Shown here: piece after piece, positions 26,589-35,976 of the stretch
How positions within the stretch are numbered: the stretch's first letter is position 1
Layout of the letters: each line of letters opens with the position of its first letter
Origin: Candidatus Giovannonibacteria bacterium
GTDB lineage: Bacteria > Patescibacteriota > Minisyncoccia > JACPKW01 > UBA11713
Reading direction: 5' to 3'
Length of the DNA stretch: 60,484 bases
Assembly: GCA_023266875.1 (NCBI GenBank)
Contig: JAHFOJ010000004.1
Location: 1 to 60,484 of the forward strand
Position numbers and translations under genes: made by a program
Notes under the pieces: model-generated
Told to the model about the DNA's origin: nothing
The model's input: only the letters and a program-made list of their open reading frames with translations
The model's database searches: none

Positions 26589-27329
26589 ATGAAAAACCGG
26601 CATATTTGGATTTCAGCTACCGCCATTCTTTTTTTTGTTTTTTTTATTTTACAGAGTCAAAGAGAAAAGCCCGAAGCTAAAGACGCGAAAGCGTATTTGG
26701 CATTGGGGAATTCTTATTTTAACGGATCAGCCGGATACAATGTGGCGAAAGCGGAGGAAGCGTTTAAAAAAGCCGTTCTGGCCGATCCTAAAATCACTTA
26801 CGGCCACTATCAATTGGCGCGAGTTTATTTTATAGAGAAAAAAAATTCAGAGGCGCTTTCGGCAATAAATAAGGAGCTTGAAATAAATCCGGAAAATCTG
26901 CGCTCGCTTTATGTCCGTGGCCTGATCAAGGCGGAAATCGGAGATTTGTCGGGAGCAGAAGATGATTTTAGGCGATTTGCCCAATGGATGCCGAAAGAAT
27001 GGTCCGGATGGAACGATCTCTCGTGGATTTTAATGAAAGAGACAAAATATAAAGAAGCGGAAGCTGAAGTTAGAAGCGCGTTTGCAAACGCGATAGGCGC
27101 GGATACAAATCCGTGGCTTTGGAATCATTTGGGGCTGGCTTTGCTGAACCAAAAAAAATACGGCGAAGCCGAAAAAGTATTTCTTCGCGCAAAAGAGCTG
27201 GTTGGGAAATTAACGGTTAAAGAATGGCAAGCGGCGTATCCCGGGAACAACCATAAATCCGCCGCGGATGGGCTCGGCGCTTTCGGAAGGGCTGTGGATT
27301 TTAATCTGGAGCAAAGCAGGTTAAAATAG
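26589..27329 (+). CDS. Tetratricopeptide-repeat protein, membrane-anchored
   Basis: N-terminal TM helix and several TPR-like 34-aa repeats (A..Y..LG..Y...G.Y..A...F..A). Confidence 0.7.
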   Translation: MKNRHIWISATAILFFVFFILQSQREKPEAKDAKAYLALGNSYFNGSAGYNVAKAEEAFKKAVLADPKITYGHYQLARVYFIEKKNSEALSAINKELEINPENLRSLYVRGLIKAEIGDLSGAEDDFRRFAQWMPKEWSGWNDLSWILMKETKYKEAEAEVRSAFANAIGADTNPWLWNHLGLALLNQKKYGEAEKVFLRAKELVGKLTVKEWQAAYPGNNHKSAADGLGAFGRAVDFNLEQSRLK

Positions 27330-27334
27330 ATATA

Positions 27335-30300
27335 ATGCGCGATTCAAAGAACGCGAATTTAATAGTCGTTGCCGCCTTAGCGATAGCCGGCCTTTATCTT
27401 TTTTTTGCTTCGGTCGGGAGCGACTCTGCCTCTAAAAATCAAGTTTTTCTAAAAAGCCCCAAATGGGCGGATGAAACAGGTCGGGGTCTCTCGGTTCCAG
27501 CTTGCGGATCGTCGATGGTGTGCGGAGTTAATGACACTAATGACGCCGATGATCCCGGACCGCTTGTCGCGTGCGCCTCGTGCGCCAACGGCGCGCCGTC
27601 CATAGATTTTAGTTGGATTGATAATGGAAACACCGGCGGTTATACATGTTACAGGGCGCGCCTTGATGCCAAAATCGGGTCTAATCCGGAGTTTTTGGTT
27701 AGGCGCGACTTGCCGTGCGGTACCGCACTCGCGCCAGGCAATTTTACTTGGGACAATTCAATTCTGTCGCTTTCGCCAATCTCTAACACCACTTATAATT
27801 ACTCCATCAAATACGAGAGTGTTGTGCATTCGACATGGGCTCCCCCATTCAATGGCGCAACAGCCATGGTTGCTTTGGATGCCAATCATTTAGTTTTAAT
27901 TTTTTACAGTGGCGCCTCACTTAATACATTAGTATCTAATGATGCCGGCGCGACTTGGACCCAAGGAAGGACCATTGATGGTACTGTTGGGTCAACAGGA
28001 GACTATTTGGTTTCCGCCGACTTGGTAGGCAATAATATCTTTGTAAGTTATTATTCCCGCGACGGCACCAATGATTTGAGATTTGCAAAATCCACCGACG
28101 GCGGCGTCACCTGGACGGCCCCCATTACTCTCGATGGCGATGGCATCGCCCCTCATAGTTCAAATGACAGGGGATCAAATAACTCAATAGACGCCATAGA
28201 CGCGAACAATATTTACATAAGTTATTATGACAAAACCGCCACCGATCTTTATTTTATAAAATCTAATGGCGGAGGATTGGCTGGAACTTGGAGTGCGCCG
28301 AAGCTTGTTGATGTAAGTGGTTCTACAATTTTAGGCATACAAAGTTCAATAAAAGCATTTAATTACGGTGTCAATACCAGTGTTTTTATTGGTTACTACG
28401 ACGCCACCGCCGCTAATCTAAATGCAAAATTTGCGAGATCAATCAATGGTGGCGATACTTGGCTTGTTGGCGATATCGTAAATGTTGAGACGTCCGGCAA
28501 TGTTGGGGCATCTCCTTCTGTTGATACGCTTGACGGTATTACAGTTTATTTTGCTTACGAGAAGGTTGGTTTATTTCCTTCAAGACTTGCAAAGACAACA
28601 AATTGCAACACGAGCTGTAGTTGGGGGGCGCCTGTTAATATTAGTAACCTTTCTGGCTCTGTTTCAATTCGTGAAATAAACGCATCCACTGTTTACGCGG
28701 CTATTAGGCATAGCGACGACCCAGTCGAAATTTATTTTGCAACAACGTCCAATTCTGGAACAAGTTGGGCGTCTCCGGTGCTGGTGCCAGCCGGACTCGA
28801 TACAAAATTACTTGCCGTTGATCCATTAAATCTATATACATTCGGTATAGGTGATCCAGGTGGGGTCAATGGTGCTCACTCAATCAACGGCGGGGCAAGT
28901 TGGACTAATTTTAACTTGGGTACTACCATCTCCGGTTTCCCGAGCAGTTCTTTTTACGACAATTTTGACCAGGCCGGGAACGCGACAACAAACGGCTGGA
29001 CGCTGGACGCCGGGTCGTCCGCCGATCCGCATCGCTGGCTAGGCGCTGACAGCACGGGAATGATTGCTGGCACCGGGGGCACCAAGGGCTATTTATTGCG
29101 CGGCAGCAGCGCGAGTAATCCCGACGACGGAGTTCGGCTTACGATATCTGGAGGAAATTTTAATCCTTTCACGATTCAATACGACAGAACCACTAAACTT
29201 AGTTCGGGCACGGGGCAAACCTTTGTCGCGGAGTATTCTTTAAATGGCGGCACGAGCTGGACGCCTCTCGAGGCGCCACTTGCCGGCACAAACGGATATT
29301 CCACAAAGATTGTTTCCAATTTACAAAATCCGAATAACGCGCCGGTCACTATCCATTTTTATGTTAACGGCGGCTCGACGGTTGATTTCCGCGCGGCCGT
29401 TGATAACGTTTATATTACCGGAAGCGGAACGCCCGGGCACGTTATAAAAAGCGGAACGTTTTCAACTCCGGCTTTCTGCCCGGCTGTAGATTATATTGTG
29501 GACGGACTTGATACTTCCCCCCCAGGTTTAATCGCGGGGCAACAGGTAACATTCGCCGCGACTGTTCAAAATTCCGGAGCGCTTGCGGCTTCAGCTGTTT
29601 CCCAGACCCGCCTTAGGCTCGATATTGGAAATGACGGCACGTATGATGTTACAACCCCGCCTTTTGCAGACCAGACTACTGGGGCGCTCGCCGCAGGCGC
29701 TTCAGAAGTTGAGAATTGGACAAACGCATGGACTGCCATTGTCGGAGACCACAAGTTTGAGGTTTGCGCCGACACCACGCACGCAATTATAGAATCTAAC
29801 GGCGAGAATAATTGTACGACCCGGACGTTTAATGTTGGCGCGGGGACGAATGTGGTGTCGCTTGCGGCAAACCCGACAAGCGGCTCCACCCCTCTCACAT
29901 CGGCGCTGACGGCGAGTGTCAGCGGCACAGCTCTTGGTACGATTAATTATTCTTTCTGGTTTAATTGTTCAAATGTGACCACAAGTATTGCGGCGGCGGA
30001 AACTTCTTGCGGTACTTTGCCCGCGCCAGTTTTGGGAAGCTGTGTTTCAAATTCAGTTGGCGCGAAATGCAATGGAATGAGCGCTTTGACTCAAGTCGTG
30101 AACAATACATATTCTTCCGTAGGCACTTATAAGCCAAAAATTATTGTGGAACGCGGTAGTGCGCCTAATGCCCAGAGTCAGGCGGATGTTACTGTAAATC
30201 CCGCCAATGTTGCGCCTTCAGTTAATGCGGGGCCAGACCAGACTATTACGCTACCTGCGTCTGCCAATCTGGACGGCACTGTATCTGACGATGGATTGCC

Positions 30301-30997
30301 AAATCCGCCGGCGACCGTTTCGACAACATGGTCCAATCCCGGAACAGTTTTTTTTGGAAACACGGCTTCGATCGATACCACCGCGAGTTTTTCTGCTGCG
30401 GGCACATACGTTCTGCGCCTTACTGCTAACGATTCTTTATTACAAAGTTCTGATACAGTCCAAGTTACGGTAAATCCTGCTCTGCCAGCCGCCGATTTTT
30501 CGCTGTCTAGCGGATCGATTTTTGTGACTATCATCCCCCCCGCCGGACAGACGACAGATTCATCGAAAACCACAGTGACTGTCAATCCTTTGCCTTTTGG
30601 TCCTCCTGCATATACTTCCAATGTGACGCTTACGTATTGTCCTCCCTCGAAAGGTGGTCTTTGCGCCCAAAGCAATGTGCCGGCTGGAACTGAATTTCGC
30701 TGGGGACCTGGAGCTGGCGTTGTTGGCACAACCACATTGACTTCAGCAAATTATTCGACCCTGTTTGGGGTGAAAATTCCTTCAAATACTCTACCCTCGC
30801 AAAATTACAGAATCATAATCAAAGGAGAAGGAACCGATGGCACAATCCATTATACAAATCCGGCATTGGAGTTAAACGTAGACAATCGTGATCCAGGCGT
30901 GATCGAGGTTATGCGCCCTATATTTGAAAAAATCGCAAGTAAATTGCGGAGTCTATTCCCAGAAGCCAATGCCTTTGATAAACCTCCGCACCAATAA
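27335..30997 (+). CDS. Large surface protein with BNR/Asp-box repeats and Ig-like/PKD-like modules
   Basis: 1220 aa with an N-terminal anchor. Repeated SxDxGxTW boxes: SNDAGATW, STDGGVTW, SINGGDTW, SNSGTSW, SINGGASW, SLNGGTSW. The C-terminal half is Thr/Ser/Ala-rich with beta-modules. Confidence 0.8.
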   Translation: MRDSKNANLIVVAALAIAGLYLFFASVGSDSASKNQVFLKSPKWADETGRGLSVPACGSSMVCGVNDTNDADDPGPLVACASCANGAPSIDFSWIDNGNTGGYTCYRARLDAKIGSNPEFLVRRDLPCGTALAPGNFTWDNSILSLSPISNTTYNYSIKYESVVHSTWAPPFNGATAMVALDANHLVLIFYSGASLNTLVSNDAGATWTQGRTIDGTVGSTGDYLVSADLVGNNIFVSYYSRDGTNDLRFAKSTDGGVTWTAPITLDGDGIAPHSSNDRGSNNSIDAIDANNIYISYYDKTATDLYFIKSNGGGLAGTWSAPKLVDVSGSTILGIQSSIKAFNYGVNTSVFIGYYDATAANLNAKFARSINGGDTWLVGDIVNVETSGNVGASPSVDTLDGITVYFAYEKVGLFPSRLAKTTNCNTSCSWGAPVNISNLSGSVSIREINASTVYAAIRHSDDPVEIYFATTSNSGTSWASPVLVPAGLDTKLLAVDPLNLYTFGIGDPGGVNGAHSINGGASWTNFNLGTTISGFPSSSFYDNFDQAGNATTNGWTLDAGSSADPHRWLGADSTGMIAGTGGTKGYLLRGSSASNPDDGVRLTISGGNFNPFTIQYDRTTKLSSGTGQTFVAEYSLNGGTSWTPLEAPLAGTNGYSTKIVSNLQNPNNAPVTIHFYVNGGSTVDFRAAVDNVYITGSGTPGHVIKSGTFSTPAFCPAVDYIVDGLDTSPPGLIAGQQVTFAATVQNSGALAASAVSQTRLRLDIGNDGTYDVTTPPFADQTTGALAAGASEVENWTNAWTAIVGDHKFEVCADTTHAIIESNGENNCTTRTFNVGAGTNVVSLAANPTSGSTPLTSALTASVSGTALGTINYSFWFNCSNVTTSIAAAETSCGTLPAPVLGSCVSNSVGAKCNGMSALTQVVNNTYSSVGTYKPKIIVERGSAPNAQSQADVTVNPANVAPSVNAGPDQTITLPASANLDGTVSDDGLPNPPATVSTTWSNPGTVFFGNTASIDTTASFSAAGTYVLRLTANDSLLQSSDTVQVTVNPALPAADFSLSSGSIFVTIIPPAGQTTDSSKTTVTVNPLPFGPPAYTSNVTLTYCPPSKGGLCAQSNVPAGTEFRWGPGAGVVGTTTLTSANYSTLFGVKIPSNTLPSQNYRIIIKGEGTDGTIHYTNPALELNVDNRDPGVIEVMRPIFEKIASKLRSLFPEANAFDKPPHQ

Positions 30998-31045
30998 GGG
31001 CTGGTTATTGCAGCTTTATTCGCGCGGGGGTAAAATCTAGGGCAT

Positions 31046-31771
31046 ATGGAAGACGAACAAAATAATAATAGCGAAGAAAAAAATCAGTTCTTAATTCCGG
31101 CGAGCATAATCGTCGCTGGAGCGATCATCGCTTTCGCTGTTTTTTATTCGCGGGGGCCTGCTCCTGTAGCAGGCGTTAAGGATAATTCGGTCGATCAGGC
31201 AAAAAATTCCGCCGCCGCGGCTGAAGTTTCAAAAATTAGTGCGGAAGATTTTGTCCTCGGGGATAAGAGCGCGAAAGTGGTTTTCATAGAATATGGCGAT
31301 TACCAATGTCCTTTCTGCAAGCAATTTTTTCAGACTGTGGAGCCGCAGATAATTGATCAATATGTAAAAACTGGCAAGGTTGCCTTTGTTTGGCGCGATT
31401 TCGCGTTTTTGGACGGATCTCCGGACGGCGAATCTCATTTGGCCGCGGAGGCGGCGCGTTGTGCAGGCGAACAGAATAAATTTTGGGAATATCATGATGA
31501 GCTCTTTAGAAGACAAGGGCAGGAAAATGGGGGCGCGTTTAAGGCTGATAATTTAAAAAAATTTGCGACCTCGCTCGGACTTAACAGAAATAATTTTGAT
31601 TCATGTCTTGATTCGAGAAAATATAAAAAAGCCGTAGCGGATTCCACTCAAGGGGGAGGAGTTGCGGGAGTCAATGGGACACCGGCATCATTTATATCTG
31701 GAAAGTTTATTTCAGGCGCGGCGGCATATTCAAGCTTTGCAAGCGAAATTGATGCCGCGCTTAAAAAATAG
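31046..31771 (+). CDS. DsbA-family thiol:disulfide oxidoreductase, membrane-anchored
   Basis: TM helix and a thioredoxin fold with the CPFC active site. Confidence 0.85.
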   Translation: MEDEQNNNSEEKNQFLIPASIIVAGAIIAFAVFYSRGPAPVAGVKDNSVDQAKNSAAAAEVSKISAEDFVLGDKSAKVVFIEYGDYQCPFCKQFFQTVEPQIIDQYVKTGKVAFVWRDFAFLDGSPDGESHLAAEAARCAGEQNKFWEYHDELFRRQGQENGGAFKADNLKKFATSLGLNRNNFDSCLDSRKYKKAVADSTQGGGVAGVNGTPASFISGKFISGAAAYSSFASEIDAALKK

Positions 31772-31792
31772 AGATTTTTTCAATAACAAATT

Positions 31793-32761
31793 ATGATCTA
31801 TGACGTTATTATCATTGGCGGAGGACCGGCCGCGGCCGCGGCGGCCGTGTATTCGGCGCGAAAAAAAATAAAAACCCTTTTAATAACTGAATCTTTTGGC
31901 GGGCAATCAATTGTTTCAAATGATATTCAAAATTGGATCGGAGAGAAACATATTTCCGGCTTTGAGCTCGCGCAAAAATTTGAAGATCATGTCCGTTCGT
32001 TTGGCGACGCAATTGAAATAAAAATGCCCGAACGGGTTACGCGAATCCGTCAGGTGAAATGCATTGATGATGAGCGAATTTGCGATTTCGAAGTCACTTC
32101 TGATTCCGGAAGCGTATATGAAGGGAAGGCATTGATTGTTGCCGCTGGCGCGCGGAGGAAGAGGTTGGGTGTTTCTGGAGAAGACGAGCTCGATGGCAAG
32201 GGTGTGGTTTTTTGTTCTACTTGTGATGCGCCTCTATTTGGCGGGAAACGAGTTGCGGTTGTTGGCGGCGGGAACGCGGGACTCGAAGCTGTTGTGGATC
32301 TTTTTCCATATGCTTCTAAAATTTATTTGCTTGTTCGGTCAGACGCGCTAAAAGGAGACCCTGTTACGGTGGAAGAAATAAAAAAACATCCAAATGTTGA
32401 GATAATTTGGGGGGTAACGCCGAAGGAAATTCACGGGAATGGATTTGTCTCGGGGCTTACATATTTAAATTCGAAGACCAATGAAGAAAAGCGTTTAGAC
32501 GTTGAAGGAGTTTTTGTGGAGATTGGATCTGTCCCAAATTCTGAAATTGTCCGCGGGCTTGTGGAATTGGATGAATACGGGCAGGTCAAAGTACACGCAA
32601 AACACTCTTCGACGAGCCGCCCGGGGATTTTTGCGGCTGGAGATATAACTGACGATCCTTATAAACAAAACAACATCTCCGCTGGCGACGGCGTAAAAGC
32701 CGCACTTGCGGCTTACAACTATTTACTCAAGCGCGAAAAACAACCTCCCGCCGCTGGCTAA
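31793..32761 (+). CDS. trxB: Thioredoxin-disulfide reductase
   Basis: DVIIIGGGPAAAAAA FAD motif, redox-active CSTCDA, NADPH motif VVGGGNAGLEA and the C-terminal AAGD motif. Confidence 0.9.
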   Translation: MIYDVIIIGGGPAAAAAAVYSARKKIKTLLITESFGGQSIVSNDIQNWIGEKHISGFELAQKFEDHVRSFGDAIEIKMPERVTRIRQVKCIDDERICDFEVTSDSGSVYEGKALIVAAGARRKRLGVSGEDELDGKGVVFCSTCDAPLFGGKRVAVVGGGNAGLEAVVDLFPYASKIYLLVRSDALKGDPVTVEEIKKHPNVEIIWGVTPKEIHGNGFVSGLTYLNSKTNEEKRLDVEGVFVEIGSVPNSEIVRGLVELDEYGQVKVHAKHSSTSRPGIFAAGDITDDPYKQNNISAGDGVKAALAAYNYLLKREKQPPAAG

Positions 32762-32767
32762 TTTCCC

Positions 32768-32792
32768 CACTTGGTAACCCGGTTACCAAGTG
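32768..32792. repeat. REP-like palindrome, copy 1
   Basis: CACTTGGTAACC C GGTTACCAAGTG: perfect 12-bp arms. It ends 17 nt before the transposase ATG. Confidence 0.85.
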
Positions 32793-32808
32793 CTATGATA
32801 TTAGGAAT

Positions 32809-33447
32809 ATGAGAAAGATCAGATTTGCTGATGGGGAATTTTATCATATTTATAATCGCGGCGTTGATAAGCGGTCTGTATTTTTGGACCAACAAGATTT
32901 TGAGCGTTTTTTACAGAGTATGCGCGAATTTAATAACCAAAAGCCTATAGGCAGTTTGTTCGAAAACTCTTTTCGCGACAAAACCAAACTTGGTAACCGG
33001 GTTACCAAGTTGGTAGATGTTGTGTGTTATTGTCTAAATCCTAATCACTTTCATTTAATACTTAAACAACGAATAGGAAACGGCCTAAGTGAATTTATGC
33101 ATCGGCTTGGCAGCGGCTATACTCGATATTTCAATATTAAAAACAAAAGAAATGGCGCGCTTTTCCAAGGAAAATTTAAAGCCATTCATGTTGATTCCAA
33201 TGAATACCTTTTGCATTTAAGTGCTTATGTAAATTTAAATAATCGCGTTCATCGCTTACAAGGCAAGGCAGCGAGGTCAAGTTGGGAAGAATATGTACAT
33301 GGCAAGAAAGCGATGTGCAGAAAAGAAATAATTATAAAACAATTTGATAAGCCTAGTGAATATAAACATTTCGCCGAAAGCGCACTACAAGATATTTTGG
33401 AGCGCAAGAAGCTGTATAAAGAAACGGAAAATATGCTGCTCGAATAG
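32809..33447 (+). CDS. REP-associated tyrosine transposase (IS200/IS605 TnpA-like, Y1 HUH)
   Basis: YHIYNRGV N-terminus, HUH motif in NPNHFHLIL and the catalytic-Tyr region SAYVNLN, all typical of RAYT / IS200-like TnpA. Confidence 0.8.
   Translation: MRKIRFADGEFYHIYNRGVDKRSVFLDQQDFERFLQSMREFNNQKPIGSLFENSFRDKTKLGNRVTKLVDVVCYCLNPNHFHLILKQRIGNGLSEFMHRLGSGYTRYFNIKNKRNGALFQGKFKAIHVDSNEYLLHLSAYVNLNNRVHRLQGKAARSSWEEYVHGKKAMCRKEIIIKQFDKPSEYKHFAESALQDILERKKLYKETENMLLE
32987..33011. repeat. REP-like palindrome, copy 2, inside the transposase CDS
   Basis: AACTTGGTAACC G GGTTACCAAGTT: perfect 12-bp arms. It encodes KLGNRVTKL. Confidence 0.85.
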
Positions 33448-33474
33448 CCACTTGGTAACCCGGTTATCAAGTGG
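33448..33474. repeat. REP-like palindrome, copy 3
   Basis: CCACTTGGTAACC C GGTTATCAAGTGG: 13-bp arms with one mismatch. It starts 1 nt after the transposase stop. Confidence 0.8.
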
Positions 33475-33562
33475 TAAATAATGCGAGCTTATTTCAAATA
33501 CTATGCTATGCTAATTTATGACTCAAAATTAAAATGGCTTCGCGAATATCGCGCTAATAATT

Positions 33563-33787
33563 TTGGCAGCTATCATTATTTGTACACTTATTTATTATGA
33601 AGCGCCATATCAATATTGGTTTGTAAAAATTTCCAGCATTATTTATCCGGGTGATGAATATGCAAGGACTCTTTACAAAGGATATGTAAAAATAGAGCCT
33701 GTTACTTTCGAAAAAATCATAAATACTATTGAAAAAGGTGATTGCAAAAAATATACTTCAAAAACTGAATTTACTTCGATATGCTAA
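33563..33787 (+). CDS. Hypothetical small protein (weak call)
   Basis: ORF only, with a non-ATG start and no recognisable motif. Confidence 0.25.
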   Translation: MAAIIICTLIYYEAPYQYWFVKISSIIYPGDEYARTLYKGYVKIEPVTFEKIINTIEKGDCKKYTSKTEFTSIC

Positions 33788-33939
33788 TTTATATACTATA
33801 AATATCAGAAACAAGACGAATAATGCGTTATTTGTTGATGTTAAAATATCGGAATCCTCTTGGACTTTAAAATCTGTGCAGTATCCAATTCCGCTAAACC
33901 TGGTTCAATAAATCAGATTATGGCGCAGGTCCTAGATTT

Positions 33940-33948
33940 TGCTATAAT
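33940..33948 (+). promoter_or_regulatory. Extended -10 TGCTATAAT, 6 nt before the gap ATG
   Basis: TGCTATAAT-AATCCC-ATG(33955). Confidence 0.55.
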
Positions 33949-33954
33949 AATCCC

Positions 33955-34926
33955 ATGGCAAAAATAGCAATCAACGGGTTTGGGAGGATTGGCAGGTCGT
34001 TTTTTCGCGAGGCATATGGAAATAAGGACCTGGAAATCGTCGCAATAAACGATTTAACCGATGAAAAAACTTTAAGGTATTTATTGAAGTATGACTCCGT
34101 CTACGGGCGTTTTGACAAAGAACCGAAAGGTGTAAAATTCTTGGCAGAAACGGATCCATCAAGGCTTCCTTGGGGCAAGATGGGAGTGGATGTTGTAATC
34201 GAGTCCACGGGATTTTTTGCGACGGCAGAGAAAGCTAAGGCGCATTTGGATGCTGGCGCAAAGCTGGTTGTCATAACTGCGCCTGCTGGCAAAGATGTCG
34301 AGACTGCGTTAATTGGCGTCAACGACGATCGGTTTAAAACAAAAAATCCGATTACCTCAAATGCATCCTGCACGACAAATTCTGTTTCGCCTGTGATGAA
34401 AATTATTTTGGAAAATTTTGGCGTCAAAAAAGCAGTGATGACGACTGTCCATGGATATACTGCGACCCAAAAATTGGTTGATGGGCCGGACGCCAAAGAT
34501 CCTAGGCGCGGAAGAGCCGCTGCGGCAAACATTGTTCCTTCAACGACAGGCGCTGCGGAGGCGGTGATTCAATCCATCCCTGAACTTAAAGGAAAATTTC
34601 AGGCGGAATCGATCCGTGTCCCTACGCTGACCGGCTCATTAAGTATTATGACGGTTATTACCGAGAAAAAAACTACAGCAGAAGAAATTAACAGAGTTTT
34701 TCGAAAAGCTGCTTCGGAACCGCGCTGGGCAAAAAGTCTAAAAATAGTTGAAGACCCGATAGTTTCAACTGATATCATCGGCGAACCGTACGGCGCGATT
34801 TTTGATACCACACTTACGCGTATGCTTGGTGATGATCTTTTGAAAGTTTTTTCCTGGTACGACAACGAAGCCGGATACTCGGCAACTTTGGTTGAGCATG
34901 TGAGAAGGATAGCGGCCAAAATATGA
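33955..34926 (+). CDS. gap: Glyceraldehyde-3-phosphate dehydrogenase
   Basis: INGFGRIGR NAD motif and the catalytic SNASCTTN. Confidence 0.95.
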   Translation: MAKIAINGFGRIGRSFFREAYGNKDLEIVAINDLTDEKTLRYLLKYDSVYGRFDKEPKGVKFLAETDPSRLPWGKMGVDVVIESTGFFATAEKAKAHLDAGAKLVVITAPAGKDVETALIGVNDDRFKTKNPITSNASCTTNSVSPVMKIILENFGVKKAVMTTVHGYTATQKLVDGPDAKDPRRGRAAAANIVPSTTGAAEAVIQSIPELKGKFQAESIRVPTLTGSLSIMTVITEKKTTAEEINRVFRKAASEPRWAKSLKIVEDPIVSTDIIGEPYGAIFDTTLTRMLGDDLLKVFSWYDNEAGYSATLVEHVRRIAAKI

Positions 34927-35414
34927 AAATTCATATCGGAGCGGATCATGCGGGATATGAATTAAAAGAAAAACTCAAGGTTTTTTTGAGTGGGCTGGGG
35001 CATGAGGTTGAAGATAAAGGCGCGTTTAAATTGGATCCAGAAGACGATTATCCCGATTTTATAAAGTTGGTCGCGGAGGCGGTTGCAGAAGATCCGGAAA
35101 ATAGCTGTGGGATTGTTATTGGCGGCTCTGGTGAAGGGGAGGCGATTTGCGCAAATCGGATCAGAGGAGCGCGAGCAATTGTTTTTTACGGAACGAGATC
35201 GCCAGTTTTGCCAGTCGACATCAAAGGCAAGAAAAGCGAAGATCCTTTTGAAATTATTAGACTTTCTCGGGCTCATGATAATGCTAATATTTTATCGCTC
35301 GGAGCCCGTTTTATAACCAGCGAAGAGGCTAAGCAAGCGGTAGAAATTTTTCTCGAAACAGAATTCGAAGGAGGGCGGCATTCGCGCCGCGTCAAAAAAA
35401 TAGATGGGGAGTAA
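34923..35414 (+). CDS. rpiB: Ribose-5-phosphate isomerase B
   Basis: MKIHIGADHAGYELKE N-terminus and the GSGEGEAICANR segment typical of RpiB/LacAB. Confidence 0.9.
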   Translation: MKIHIGADHAGYELKEKLKVFLSGLGHEVEDKGAFKLDPEDDYPDFIKLVAEAVAEDPENSCGIVIGGSGEGEAICANRIRGARAIVFYGTRSPVLPVDIKGKKSEDPFEIIRLSRAHDNANILSLGARFITSEEAKQAVEIFLETEFEGGRHSRRVKKIDGE

Positions 35415-35904
35415 ATTATCTGAAAATAAAAAATTGGAGAAGGCGACATTCGCCGCTGGGTGTTTTTGGCAAGTCGAGGAGATTTTTCGCCCGCTCAAAG
35501 GTGTTAAAGAAACTATAGTTGGCTATACTGGCGGGGATTTTCCTAATCCGACTTACGAAAATGTATGTTCTGGTAAAACTGGACATGCTGAAGCGGTCGA
35601 AGTAATGTATGATTCGGCTGAAATTTCGTATGAGGAACTCATCCGCGCATTTTGGGAGGGGCACGATCCGACACAACTTAATCGACAAGGCCAGGATGTG
35701 GGGGCGCAGTATCGTTCTGCTATTTTTTATTATACGCCCGAGCAAAAAAAGTTAGCCGAGGAGGCAAAAAACAATTTAGCGAAGTCCCGAAAGTATAAAA
35801 GCCCCATTGTCACGGAAATTGTACCGGCCTGTGAGTTCTGGAAAGCAGAAGACTGCCATCAAAAATATCTCGCGAAGCGCGGACTTTCGACCTGCCCTAT
35901 TTGA
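35404..35904 (+). CDS. msrA: Peptide-methionine (S)-S-oxide reductase
   Basis: ATFAAGCFWQVE active-site motif and the GHAEAV / HDPT segments. Confidence 0.92.
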   Translation: MGSKLSENKKLEKATFAAGCFWQVEEIFRPLKGVKETIVGYTGGDFPNPTYENVCSGKTGHAEAVEVMYDSAEISYEELIRAFWEGHDPTQLNRQGQDVGAQYRSAIFYYTPEQKKLAEEAKNNLAKSRKYKSPIVTEIVPACEFWKAEDCHQKYLAKRGLSTCPI

Positions 35905-35976
35905 TTTCTTTATGCACAGCTGATTTTTTTAATCGCTATGCTATCTTAATAAAGAGCCTTTGGTTTGCTCTCTTAT

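Larger units (their letters stand above)
32768..33474 (+). mobile_element. Minimal IS200/RAYT-like unit: REP-like hairpin, Y1 transposase, REP-like hairpin
   Basis: 25-27-nt palindromes CACTTGGTAACC-C-GGTTACCAAGTG lie immediately before (32768-32792) and after (33448-33474) the HUH/Y1 transposase ORF. Confidence 0.7.
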
